Positions 1 to 8,954 of a stretch of 64,000 nt of DNA are shown here, piece after piece. Origin of the DNA: an uncultured Myxococcales bacterium (GTDB taxonomy: Bacteria; Myxococcota_A; UBA9042). The position numbers and the translations under genes were made by a program. The DNA is taken from contig CAIYBN010000056.1 in assembly GCA_903924465.1 (NCBI GenBank), forward strand, positions 1,291-65,290, given 5' to 3'. The notes below the pieces were generated by a model. The model was not told the origin of the DNA, ran no database searches, and was given only the letters and a program-made list of their open reading frames with translations. The first letter of the stretch is position 1; each line of letters begins with the position of its first letter.

Positions 1-196
1 GACTTCTTGCGCGCCTCGTACTTGACCAAGAGAGTGCCATCCATTCCGAACCTCCCGACGCCCATCCCGCGGACTTATCTTCCAAGAAGCGAATTGGTCA
101 CTGATGTCGCGGTCTTGAGGCAAATCGCATCCTCATATGTGCCGGACCGAAGGCAAAGTGTATCGCTGGCATAGATTGTCAACGGCCACACCAACT

Positions 197-230
197 GGAC
201 CACAGTTCGGCCACAAACTAGGTACCACCC
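197..230. repeat. IS21-family left terminal inverted repeat
   Basis: Read directly from the sequence. Shares the core ttcggccacaaactagg with the reverse complement of 2852-2887. Confidence 0.7.
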
Positions 231-327
231 CGCGCAAGCGAAGCGAGCGCATGCCCGCGAGGTCGCGCGCAGCGCGAACAAGCGTACCCGCGCTTACACG
301 CACACCTGACGTCGCAGCGGACACCAG

Positions 328-363
328 CCCCCATAAGCCCCCTTGCAAGGGGGCTTATGGGGG
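328..363. other. Perfect 36-bp palindrome (cccccataagcccccttgcaagggggcttatggggg) inside the IS, downstream of istB
   Basis: Read directly from the sequence. A 15-bp stem around a self-complementary ttgcaa loop. Possible terminator or structural element of the IS. Confidence 0.4.
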
Positions 364-437
364 CGCGCGCGACCGCCTCGACCGTGTTTCCTTGTTATTG
401 TCGTGATTTCAGCAAGCTACGGACTTGAGTCGGTCGG

Positions 438-1193
438 CTACTCCGCCCGACCAGGCTTGCGCCGCTTGCGGTACGACTCGCCATCGATGACGAGGTCATG
501 CGCCTGATTGACGAACCGGTCCAGCGCGGCCTGCGCTTGCAGCTGCGGCGTCATCATTTCCAGCCACTCCGCCGGCTCGCGATTTGACGTCACAATCGTC
601 GAACGCCGCTGCAGCCTCTCACCGACAATCTCACTGAAATCCCCAGTGTCCATCGCATCGAGCGGCTGCTGCGCGAAGTCGTCGATGATGAGCAGGTCCG
701 CCGTGCACAGCCGCCGCATCTGCTCCGCCCAGGTCTGGTCGAGCCGTCCGGCGCGCAGGCTGCGGTGCAATTTGATGGCCGGCTCGCACACCACCTTGAG
801 CCCGCGCGCGCAGGCAAGATGGCCGAGTGCGTGTGCCCAGAACGTCTTGCCGACGCCGACCGGACCGAGAATCTGCACATTCTGATGGTCGTCGATAAAG
901 CGCAGCGTCAGCAATTCCGCCAGCTTGGTGCGGTCGTAGGTCACCCTGGAGGTCTCATCCCAGACGCCCGACACCATCACTGGATCGAGGCCGGCCTTGT
1001 GCGCGCGCATCTGCGTGGCCTGGGCGTCGCGTCGGCCGATCTCGTCGTGGCACAGCACCAGCAGCAAGTCCTCGTGCGGCATGTGCTTTTCTTTCGCCTG
1101 GGCCAGTCGCACCGATAGCGTGTCCAAGAGCGGTGACAGCCGAAGCCGCCGCAGCGCTGTTTTGAGATCCTGGCTCACTTCAACCGTCATCAT
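438..1193 (-). CDS. istB: IS21-family transposition helper ATPase IstB
   Basis: 251 aa. Walker A GPVGVGKTF. DnaA/IstB-like AAA+ architecture. Overlaps the istA stop by 14 nt, the usual IS21 arrangement. Confidence 0.9.
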   Translation of the reverse strand: MMTVEVSQDLKTALRRLRLSPLLDTLSVRLAQAKEKHMPHEDLLLVLCHDEIGRRDAQATQMRAHKAGLDPVMVSGVWDETSRVTYDRTKLAELLTLRFIDDHQNVQILGPVGVGKTFWAHALGHLACARGLKVVCEPAIKLHRSLRAGRLDQTWAEQMRRLCTADLLIIDDFAQQPLDAMDTGDFSEIVGERLQRRSTIVTSNREPAEWLEMMTPQLQAQAALDRFVNQAHDLVIDGESYRKRRKPGRAE

Positions 1194-2796
1194 GGCTATC
1201 TCCTTGGTTTGATTGTTTTCTCACGGCAAACTCCGCCGGCGCGCGCGCAAACCGCAGTGGCACGACGCGGCCCATCGCTGGCGGCGAGGGCTGTGGCGTC
1301 GGCCGGTCATGCAAGCCGCGGGCCACGATGCGCTCGACCCGTGTCACGTCGACGAGATCCAGGGCCAGCAGCTGCCGGCACGCGCCATTGACCGCAGCGC
1401 CGCCCCAGGTCTTGCACTGCCCGAGCAGGCGGTACACGTGCCGCACGCGCGACCACGGCAGCGGACTATCCAGCAGGCGCTGCGCCATCTGCGCCACCGA
1501 ATCGCCGTGCGCCTGAGCCTGGCGCAGCAGGATTTGCGTGTCGCGCAGCGCGTAAGCCAGCTTTTCCTCGGGATAATCAGCCGGGTCGACCTGCGGCTTG
1601 CCCAGCGTCCCGCGCACATGCACCTTGACCAGCACCGCGCCCTGATAGGCTTTGATGGTGCTGCGGTCGGCGCGGTACTCCAGGGTCTTGCCGACCAGCG
1701 CCGAAGGCATGGAATACAGAACCTTCTGCACGATCAGCATCTGGTCGCGCCCGACCTTGGCCGTGCCCCAGACCGCGATGTCATACGGCTCCGTCGGCGC
1801 CGGCAGCAGGTGCGGCTGCTCGCGCGCGGCAAAGTCCTCGGCGGGCTTGCAGTACGTGGTGCCGTGGAGCCGCGGACCGGCGACATCCAAGCACCAGCGC
1901 AGCGCAATCTCTTTCGCTGCGGGCAGCGTCGTGAACGTTTCTCCTGCCCACATGCTGCCTTGCACGTACTGCACGTCGCGCTCGACCCGCCCCTTGTCCT
2001 GGGGCGTGCGCACCCGCGCCGGATCGGCGAAGAAGTCGCGCGACTGCATGTACTCGAGAAACCCGCGGGCAAATCGCGGCGTGAGCGCGTCGGCCTCGGC
2101 CACGATGCCTTTGCAATTGTCCGGAATCAGCACCTCGAACACGCCGGCGTAGAACGCCCAGGCGGCTTCCATCCCTTCGATGATGGTCTCGGTCGTCTGG
2201 TCCCAGCACGGCCAGACGAAGCAGTGCCGACTGACATTCGGCGTGAAAACCAGCGCTTGCAGCTTGCGTCGCTTGCCAGTGTCGGGATCGATGACCCAGG
2301 CGAGATCGGTGAAGTCGACCTGCAGCTCCTTGCCCGGCTCGCCGTCAGCCACGCGAACCGTCGGCCCCGGCTTGCGGCTGCGGCCGAGATCTTCGGCGAC
2401 AAACCGCCGCAGCGTCCGCTCGGGCACCTGCACACCGGTCAGGCGGTGCAACAACACCCCGATTTTCGGCGTCTTGATGTCCTGCTCGACCCACGCCAGC
2501 AGCTGCTCGCGGTGGGTCAGGCAATGCGCGCGCATCTGCCCAGGCGTGCTGTCCCGCCCAGGCAGCAACGCGTGCGCGACCTGGCCGATCAACTCGTCAG
2601 TCAAAAGCCGCCGATCCTCACGGCTTGGCGGGTCGCGCCGCTGCAAACCGAACCGCTGCGCCGCCTCGATGTAGCGCCGCGCCGTCCTCCGGTCGACACC
2701 GCAAATCGCGGCAACTGCGCGAAATCCTTTGCCGCCGAGCCAAATCCGCAGTACTTCCTTGATTTCCGTCACTGTCAGCTCCCGGTATGCCATCAC
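1180..2796 (-). CDS. istA: IS21-family transposase IstA
   Basis: 538 aa. N-terminal HTH (ELTVTEIKEVLRIWLGGKGFRAVAA). Central DDE integrase-like region. Directly upstream of istB. Confidence 0.9.
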   Translation of the reverse strand: MMAYRELTVTEIKEVLRIWLGGKGFRAVAAICGVDRRTARRYIEAAQRFGLQRRDPPSREDRRLLTDELIGQVAHALLPGRDSTPGQMRAHCLTHREQLLAWVEQDIKTPKIGVLLHRLTGVQVPERTLRRFVAEDLGRSRKPGPTVRVADGEPGKELQVDFTDLAWVIDPDTGKRRKLQALVFTPNVSRHCFVWPCWDQTTETIIEGMEAAWAFYAGVFEVLIPDNCKGIVAEADALTPRFARGFLEYMQSRDFFADPARVRTPQDKGRVERDVQYVQGSMWAGETFTTLPAAKEIALRWCLDVAGPRLHGTTYCKPAEDFAAREQPHLLPAPTEPYDIAVWGTAKVGRDQMLIVQKVLYSMPSALVGKTLEYRADRSTIKAYQGAVLVKVHVRGTLGKPQVDPADYPEEKLAYALRDTQILLRQAQAHGDSVAQMAQRLLDSPLPWSRVRHVYRLLGQCKTWGGAAVNGACRQLLALDLVDVTRVERIVARGLHDRPTPQPSPPAMGRVVPLRFARAPAEFAVRKQSNQGDSHDDG

Positions 2797-2841
2797 TCCT
2801 CCCAGTGTTTCCAGGAGAAGTCCATGACATTACGGGCCGAT

Positions 2842-3633
2842 TCACGCCAGCGGGTGGTCCCTAGTTTGTGGCCGAATACCGGTCCCATCCCGATGGCCGA
2901 ACTCGGCCCTCGGTGGGTGGTTTACCGTGGCCGCGGACACATAGATGCCAGCCGGGCTCGTTGACGCTCGGCGAAAGGTACCCGGAGAGATCTTGAAGTC
3001 AGATCGCAAGCCGTCGTCGGTAACCATGCAAAGCGCATGTGGCGCAACCCGCGCATTGCACCCAAAGGACTGGTAGCCCAGGAACGTGCCATGCCGGTCC
3101 CACGCCTTTGAGGCACTCACGGCTATGCACTCCTCGCCGTTCTCGCCGCAAATTTCGCTGCCTGACTTGTTGAGCGTGATTGGCCTTCGTTTGGCATGCA
3201 GCAGTTCGTCGTTGATGACCTTGCCGTGGACCGCACCCAATCGCTGGACCGCCGCTACCGCGGCATCCGTGCGCCCGGCCGCGGCGTCGATCGCGGTCAG
3301 TTTGGACTCCAGAGATGCCACGCGTTCCTCGGCGCGATTGGCGACGCTGCGGGCAGTGCGCGCCTCCGTGACCACGGACGCACCCACGAGTGCGCAGAAC
3401 ACCAACGTCGCCAACAAGCCCGCGACGGCCCAGCGCCACCAAATGCGTCGTCGCGGCCTCAGTGATGGAATTGGGTCGGCCGAGGATATCTGGCGATCTG
3501 GCACCGCGGGCTCAACCTGCCCGGACGTTCCGCAGTCCGGGCAGTCGAAGTTGACTGAACCGGCAATGTCATCAGCAACTTGCACGTTGATCAGGCAAGC
3601 GCAATTGGCGCACGTGGTCTGGATGATGTGCAT
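2842..3633 (-). CDS. Zinc-ribbon-domain membrane protein; the 3' end runs into the IS21 right end (C-terminus probably altered by the insertion)
   Basis: 263 aa. N-terminal CxxC...CPDCG zinc-ribbon. One transmembrane segment (WAVAGLLATLVFCALVGASVV). Ala/Arg-rich coiled-coil region. The last roughly 15 codons lie inside the IS right inverted repeat. Confidence 0.5.
   Translation of the reverse strand: MHIIQTTCANCACLINVQVADDIAGSVNFDCPDCGTSGQVEPAVPDRQISSADPIPSLRPRRRIWWRWAVAGLLATLVFCALVGASVVTEARTARSVANRAEERVASLESKLTAIDAAAGRTDAAVAAVQRLGAVHGKVINDELLHAKRRPITLNKSGSEICGENGEECIAVSASKAWDRHGTFLGYQSFGCNARVAPHALCMVTDDGLRSDFKISPGTFRRASTSPAGIYVSAATVNHPPRAEFGHRDGTGIRPQTRDHPLA
2852..2887. repeat. IS21-family right terminal inverted repeat
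   Basis: Reverse complement gggaccggtattcggccacaaactagggaccaccc matches the left repeat with a few mismatches. Confidence 0.7.
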
Positions 3634-3704
3634 GTGGCTCGCCTCCCCTGGTGGTGCTCCGAAGTCGGAGCGGAGACATAGCTTGCCGGGGCTACGCTGT
3701 CCAG

Positions 3705-3992
3705 ATGAAGGACGCGCATTCAGCCCTTGTCGAGCATCTTCAGCGCCAGATGACGGCTCGATCCTGGAACATCAATCGGCTGGCGGACGCGGCGGGAATT
3801 GGGCGCGGAGCGCTCAGCGAAGTGATGAGCAAGAAGCGCAGCCCGACGCTGCAAACGCTACAGAAACTCGCGAATGCGCTGGAGATTGATGTTGGTCGGT
3901 TGCTGCTCGCGGACGAGCCAGCCGCCACGCCATCGCAGGCCACGCGGTGGAAGGCGCGACGCGATCTGAATCGGCTGGATCGGGAGGAGTGA
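3705..3992 (+). CDS. XRE-family helix-turn-helix transcriptional regulator
   Basis: HTH_XRE signature (RLADAAGIGRGALSEVMSKKRSPTLQTLQKLANALEIDVGRLL). Start chosen at the MKDAH methionine inside the longer ORF 3651-3992. Confidence 0.7.
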   Translation: MKDAHSALVEHLQRQMTARSWNINRLADAAGIGRGALSEVMSKKRSPTLQTLQKLANALEIDVGRLLLADEPAATPSQATRWKARRDLNRLDREE

Positions 3993-4001
3993 GCGCGGCG
4001 G

Positions 4002-4247
4002 CTACGGCTTCTTGGCCCAGCGGGCCGCAGCAGCCTTCCGTGCGCTCTCCGCGCGCTGCTCGGGCGTGAGCTTGGCCGCGCGCGCCTTCCCGCCCTTGAG
4101 GCCGCCTTTACGGCCGAGCGCAACCGCGGCAGGATCGCGCGTGTCCTCTGGCTCAGGATCGGGCGCGACCTGGCGCGTGGCGATCTCGCCGATCAGGTGG
4201 GCCAGTTGGTTGACGTCGCGGGGTCGTTTGCGTGAGCGGTTTGGCAT
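4002..4247 (-). CDS. Small basic Ala/Lys-rich protein (KGG-like motif GRKGGLKGGKARAAKLTPEQR)
   Basis: 81-98 aa ORF convergent with the XRE gene. Low-complexity basic C-terminus. Function unknown; start uncertain (4247 or 4298). Confidence 0.45.
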   Translation of the reverse strand: MPNRSRKRPRDVNQLAHLIGEIATRQVAPDPEPEDTRDPAAVALGRKGGLKGGKARAAKLTPEQRAESARKAAAARWAKKP

Positions 4248-4408
4248 GGTCGCAGTGTAAGCGACGGCGGATCGGGCTGCAAGCGCGTCCCGGTTCAAAC
4301 TGTCGCACTACCAGCGGCGTCAACCACGTCCAGCGCTGGCTGCATCTGTGCTACGCTTCGCGCTGGCGCCGCCGGATTGGCAAGCCCTTGTACCTGCCGG
4401 AAGCTGCC

Positions 4409-5812
4409 ATGACCACCGATTCCCTGCCGTCCGAACATCCGGACATTGCCCACCTTGGATTGTCCGAAGCCTCGCTGCGCGTCCTGCGCGAGCTCGGTTT
4501 TTCCCGCCTGACGCCGATCCAAGCCCGAAGCTTGCCGGTATTGCTGCGTGGTGAGGATCTCGTCGGCCAGTCCGCGACGGGCAGCGGCAAGACCGTGGCA
4601 TTCGCGCTGCCGCTCCTCGATCACCTCGACGCGGATCAGCGCATGCTTCAGGCGCTCGTGCTGTGTCCGACCCGCGAACTGGCCAATCAGGTGGCGGCCG
4701 CGATTCGCACGCTGGGCCGACATCGCCCAGGCTTGCGGGTGCTCGTGCTCGCCGGCGGGATGCCGTCCGGGCCGCAGCGCAAGGCCTTGCAGGAGGGCGT
4801 GCACGTGGTTGTCGGTACGCCGGGGCGCGTGCAGGACCACCTCGACCGTGGCCTGGATGTGGCGCAAGTGCGCACCGTCGTGCTCGATGAAGCCGACCGG
4901 ATGCTCGACATGGGCTTTCAGGAATCGGTGGAGAAAATTCTGCGCGCGCTGCCCGTGGAGCGACAGACCCTGTTCTTCTCGGCGACCTTTCCGCCGTCCA
5001 TCGCCGCGATGAGCCGGAACTGGCAGCGCAAGCCGCAGCACGTGACGATTGCCGAATCCGGAAGCGAAAAGCCGGCCATCCGCCACATCGTCCATCTGGT
5101 GGCCGTCGAAGAAAGGCAAGCGGCTCTGGATGCGGTGCTGCGCAGTCATGCGCCGACATCGGCGTTGGTGTTCTGCAATCTCAAAGACTCCGTTCGCGAC
5201 GTGGCAGCGGCGCTGGCCAGAGCAGGATTTGCCGTCGAGGCGCTGCACGGCGATCTGGAGCAGCGTGACCGCGATCGCGTGATGGCGAAATTCCGCAATG
5301 GCACAACGCCCTTCCTCGTCGCGACCGACGTGGCCGCGCGCGGGCTGGACATTGCCGGGCTGGCGGCGGTGATCAACTACGAATTTGCTTCGACGCCGGA
5401 CACCTATGTGCACCGCACAGGGCGGACCGGACGGGCCGGCGCTCCAGGGCTGGCCATCTCGCTGGTGACGCCGCGCGACGTGGATCGGCTGAAGGCCTGC
5501 GAAAAGGCCGCGGAAAGTGCGATTGAACGGCTCCCGGTGCCCACGAGCGCCCCGCCCAAGTCAGTGGCCGCGGCTGTGGCGTTGGATACCCTGTTCATCA
5601 GCGGCGGGCGCAAGGACAAGCTGCGACCGAGCGATATCCTTGGCGCGCTGACCGGCGAAGCGGGCGTGGCGGCGACGGAGATCGGCCGTATCGAGATCAG
5701 CGATCGCTTTACCTACGTGGCGATGCCGCAGCGCGTGGTGGCCAGACTGCTGGCCAAGTCGCCCGGGCTGCGCATCAAGGGCCGGACCTTTCGTCTCGAA
5801 CGCGTGCAATAG
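4409..5812 (+). CDS. dbpA: DEAD-box ATP-dependent RNA helicase, DbpA-type (C-terminal RNA-binding domain)
   Basis: Q-motif and motif I (TPIQARSLP...GQSATGSGKTVAF). DEAD box (VLDEADRML). SAT. HRTGRTGRAG. C-terminal DbpA-like domain (LRIKGRTFRLERVQ). In-frame start at MTTDSL. Confidence 0.85.
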   Translation: MTTDSLPSEHPDIAHLGLSEASLRVLRELGFSRLTPIQARSLPVLLRGEDLVGQSATGSGKTVAFALPLLDHLDADQRMLQALVLCPTRELANQVAAAIRTLGRHRPGLRVLVLAGGMPSGPQRKALQEGVHVVVGTPGRVQDHLDRGLDVAQVRTVVLDEADRMLDMGFQESVEKILRALPVERQTLFFSATFPPSIAAMSRNWQRKPQHVTIAESGSEKPAIRHIVHLVAVEERQAALDAVLRSHAPTSALVFCNLKDSVRDVAAALARAGFAVEALHGDLEQRDRDRVMAKFRNGTTPFLVATDVAARGLDIAGLAAVINYEFASTPDTYVHRTGRTGRAGAPGLAISLVTPRDVDRLKACEKAAESAIERLPVPTSAPPKSVAAAVALDTLFISGGRKDKLRPSDILGALTGEAGVAATEIGRIEISDRFTYVAMPQRVVARLLAKSPGLRIKGRTFRLERVQ

Positions 5813-5848
5813 CAAGGTGTTGAGAAGCCAGAGGAGAAATTCCACGCG

Positions 5849-6916
5849 ATGAAATCCGCAGCCGACCTGTTCCTGGGCCTGACGCCCGACGCCGTGCTCG
5901 CGGCGATCGAGGCCTCCGGGCTGCGTTGTACGTCGGTCTGCTGGCCGCTGAATTCCTATGAAAATCGCGTGATGGAAGTGGAACTGGCCGATGAAGCGCG
6001 GACACGTTTGGTGACCAAGTTCTACCGGCCGCAGCGTTGGAGCCAAGCGCAAATTCTGGAGGAGCACGCGCTTCTGGCCGAATTGCACGCCGATGAAGTG
6101 CCGGTCGTGCCAGCGCTGACATTTCCAGATGGCGGCACCTTGCGGCAAATCGCCGTCGCGGGCGGCGCAGATGTTGTGTGGTTTTGCCTGTTTCCGCGTT
6201 TCGGTGGGCGCGCACCGGAAGAAGTGGATGATGCCCTCGCCACGCGCCTGGGTGCCCTGTGCGCGCGCATCCATGTGGTTGGCGCGCGCAAGCCCTTTGC
6301 GGCGCGACAGCAGCTCAGCGGCGCGACCTACGGCGGTGCGCCGCTCTCGGTGCTGGAAGCGTCAGGTCGCGTGCCCACACCGCTGCGGCGGCGTTTCTTC
6401 ACCGCCGCGAACGCGCTGATTGTCGTCACCGACGAGTGGCTGCAAGGCACGGCGATGCAGCGCATCCACGGCGATTTCCATTTGGGCAATCTCATCCAGC
6501 GCGACAATATCCTGTACGCGCTGGACTTTGACGATGCCCTGACGGGGCCGCCGGTCCAGGATCTGTGGATGTTGCTGCCGGGCCGCGACGTCGACACGGT
6601 GCGTCGCCGCGAGCTGTTTCTGCAAAGCTACGAGCAATTTCGACCGTTTGATCGCACCTCCCTACGGCTGATTGAGCCGTTGCGCGGGCTGCGCTTGGTG
6701 CATTTCTGCGGCTGGTTGGCGGCGCGTTGGCACGACCCGATTTTCCCGCAGACTTGGCCGCAGTTCGCGACCGACGCGTTCTGGCACGAAACGACGGACA
6801 CGCTGGAGGAGGCCCTGGATTTGACGTGGGCGGCCCCGGATACCGCGGTCGTCGCGCCGCAAGTGGACGTACCGGAAGCGACAAACGCTGATTTCTTCTG
6901 GGATTGGGAGAAGTAG
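5849..6916 (+). CDS. srkA: Stress-response Ser/Thr kinase of the SrkA/RdoA (YihE) family
   Basis: 355 aa. Characteristic NSYENRV motif near the N-terminus. Aminoglycoside-phosphotransferase-like fold motifs (HGDFHLGN, LDFDD). Confidence 0.75.
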   Translation: MKSAADLFLGLTPDAVLAAIEASGLRCTSVCWPLNSYENRVMEVELADEARTRLVTKFYRPQRWSQAQILEEHALLAELHADEVPVVPALTFPDGGTLRQIAVAGGADVVWFCLFPRFGGRAPEEVDDALATRLGALCARIHVVGARKPFAARQQLSGATYGGAPLSVLEASGRVPTPLRRRFFTAANALIVVTDEWLQGTAMQRIHGDFHLGNLIQRDNILYALDFDDALTGPPVQDLWMLLPGRDVDTVRRRELFLQSYEQFRPFDRTSLRLIEPLRGLRLVHFCGWLAARWHDPIFPQTWPQFATDAFWHETTDTLEEALDLTWAAPDTAVVAPQVDVPEATNADFFWDWEK

Positions 6917-6924
6917 TCCGGCGG

Positions 6925-7737
6925 TCAAACCGCGACGGCGAAATCGCGTAGTGCCGCGTTCAGGCTGGTTTTGCGATCGGTCGATTCCTTGCGCTGGCCG
7001 ATGATCAGCGCGCAGGGCACGCCGTAGTCGCCCGCCGGAAAGGATTTCAGGCGTGTGCCTGGAATCACGACGGAACGGGCGGGAATGCGGCCGCGAAGTT
7101 CCACGGGGGCGGCGCCAGTGACGTCGATGATGGCCGTTGAACTCGTGAGGACGACGCCCGCACCGACAACGGCTTCCCGTTCGATGTGCATGCCTTCCAC
7201 GACGATGGCGCGCGATCCGATGAAACAGCCGTCTTCAATGATGACGGGACGCGCGCTGGTCGGCTCCAGGACGCCGCCGATGCCGACGCCGCCGGCCAAG
7301 TGGACGTCGCGGCCGATCTGCGCACACGATCCGACGGTGGCCCACGTGTCGACCATCGTGCCAGAACCGACCCGAGCGCCGATGTTGACATAGCTGGGCA
7401 TCAGGATGACGCCGGGCTCCAGAAAGCTGCCATAGCGCGCGACGCCGGGCGGCACCACGCGCACTTGTTGCCCGGCCAGATTGTGCTTGAGCGGAATCTT
7501 GTCGTAGAACTCGAACGGTCCCACTTCATGCACGGTCATCGCCGCGACGCTGAAGTACAGCAGAATCGCTTCTTTGACCCACGCGTGAACGATCCAGCCG
7601 TCCGCGGTCGGCTCCGCGACGCGAATCTCGCCGCGGTCGAGCGCGGCGATGGTGTCCAGGACGGCTTCCACGTAGCGCCGCTCCGCCAGCAAGGCGCGGT
7701 CGGCATAGGCGGCAGAGACGAGTTCTGCGAACTGCAT
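6925..7737 (-). CDS. dapD: 2,3,4,5-tetrahydropyridine-2,6-dicarboxylate N-succinyltransferase
   Basis: Strong similarity to DapD. Hexapeptide repeats (LMPSYVNIGARVGSGTMVDTWATVGSCAQIG..HLAGGVGIGGVLEP). In-frame start MQFAELV at 7737. Confidence 0.9.
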   Translation of the reverse strand: MQFAELVSAAYADRALLAERRYVEAVLDTIAALDRGEIRVAEPTADGWIVHAWVKEAILLYFSVAAMTVHEVGPFEFYDKIPLKHNLAGQQVRVVPPGVARYGSFLEPGVILMPSYVNIGARVGSGTMVDTWATVGSCAQIGRDVHLAGGVGIGGVLEPTSARPVIIEDGCFIGSRAIVVEGMHIEREAVVGAGVVLTSSTAIIDVTGAAPVELRGRIPARSVVIPGTRLKSFPAGDYGVPCALIIGQRKESTDRKTSLNAALRDFAVAV

Positions 7738-7739
7738 GA

Positions 7740-8141
7740 TTACGGCGCTGCCGGGGATGGCGCTGCCGCCGGAGCGGCCGGGGCAGCAGGCGCGTTCGGA
7801 GCAGCGGCCTGATTGGGTTGCGCCGGCGGCGACTTGTCGTCGGTTTCCGGCTTCGCCTGCGTAGCGGGCGCGGTGGCGGGCGCGATCGGCGTCACGTCTT
7901 CCACGGCGGAACGATCCGAATTGTGACGCGACAGCACGATCGACAGCAGCATGAACAAGACGGCAGCGCCGGTCGTCACGCGCTTGAAGACGCTCGATGC
8001 GCCGCGGCCCGCTGTGCCTGTACCACCGCCGCCGCCCAAGCCGGAGCCGCCGCGGCCCAGCTGACCCGGTTGGATCAGCACCACGACGATGAGGAACAGG
8101 CAAATGATGATGTAGAGCGTGATGGCGAGGTAATAAAGCAC
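7740..8141 (-). CDS. secG: Preprotein translocase subunit SecG
   Basis: N-terminal SecG signature (LAITLYIIICLFLIVVVLIQPGQ, Gly-rich loop). Long Pro/Ala-rich tail. Canonical position immediately downstream of tpiA. Confidence 0.8.
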   Translation of the reverse strand: MLYYLAITLYIIICLFLIVVVLIQPGQLGRGGSGLGGGGGTGTAGRGASSVFKRVTTGAAVLFMLLSIVLSRHNSDRSAVEDVTPIAPATAPATQAKPETDDKSPPAQPNQAAAPNAPAAPAAPAAAPSPAAP

Positions 8142-8184
8142 TGAAACTCCTGAAGATTCTCAATCTGTTGCGCGAATGCCCGGA

Positions 8185-8952
8185 TTACGGAACTGCGCGG
8201 CCGGCGCGGACGATCGCGGCAAATTCATCTGCCGTCAAGCTCGCACCGCCGACCAACATGCCGTCGATGTCGCTTTGTGCGAACAATCCCGTGGCGTTAC
8301 TGCCTTTGACGCTGCCGCCATATTGGATGCGGCAGTTGGCGGCAAAAGCTGCGGAAAAACGCGTGGCCAGCCAAGCGCGAATGTGCGCGTGGACCTCCTG
8401 CGCCTGTTCCGGCGACGCAGTCAAACCAGTGCCGATCGCCCAAACCGGTTCGTAGGCGATGATCAGATGCTGCAGTTGATCGGCCAGCAGGCCGTCGAGC
8501 GCCACGGTCAGTTGGCGGTCGACCACAGCAAATGTCGTGCCGTTTTGCCGTTCCGCCAATTGCTCACCCACGCACAACACGGGCTTCAGACCCGCCGCCA
8601 GGGCCGCGCGCAGCTTCTTCGCGACGATTTCATCCGTGTCGCCAAAGACGGACCGCCGTTCAGAGTGGCCGACGAGCACGTGCGTGGCGCCTGTGGACAC
8701 GATCATCGCCGCCGAAACCGCGCCGGTAAACGCGCCTTTGGCCTCAAAATGCAGATCCTGCGCGCCCACATTCACGTGACTGCCCGCAACCTTGTCCGCC
8801 ACGGCCGCCAGGAACGGAAACGGCGGAAACAGCAGCACGTCGCCCAGCCGCTGCGAGCCCAGACGATGCCGCACTTCCTGGGCCAAGGCGATGGCCTCGG
8901 GCAAGGTCGTGTGCATCTTCCAATTGCCGCCCGTGACTGGGGTCCGTGCCAT
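8185..8952 (-). CDS. tpiA: Triosephosphate isomerase
   Basis: 255 aa. GNWKMH. AYEPVWAIGTG. GGSV motifs. Confidence 0.95.
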   Translation of the reverse strand: MARTPVTGGNWKMHTTLPEAIALAQEVRHRLGSQRLGDVLLFPPFPFLAAVADKVAGSHVNVGAQDLHFEAKGAFTGAVSAAMIVSTGATHVLVGHSERRSVFGDTDEIVAKKLRAALAAGLKPVLCVGEQLAERQNGTTFAVVDRQLTVALDGLLADQLQHLIIAYEPVWAIGTGLTASPEQAQEVHAHIRAWLATRFSAAFAANCRIQYGGSVKGSNATGLFAQSDIDGMLVGGASLTADEFAAIVRAGRAVP

Positions 8953-8954
8953 GA

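Larger units (their letters stand above)
197..2887 (-). mobile_element. IS21-family insertion sequence (istA + istB, flanked by imperfect terminal inverted repeats)
   Basis: Two overlapping minus-strand ORFs with clear IstA and IstB character. Left end 197-230 (ggaccacagttcggccacaaactaggtaccaccc) is the near reverse complement of right end 2852-2887 (gggtggtccctagtttgtggccgaataccggtccc). Size about 2.7 kb, typical for IS21. Exact termini and any target-site duplication could not be resolved by eye. Confidence 0.8.

Noticed and set aside
1213-2964. 583-aa plus-strand ORF
   Set aside because: Antisense to istA. Arg-rich nonsense composition.
4295-5413. 372-aa minus-strand ORF
   Set aside because: Antisense to dbpA.
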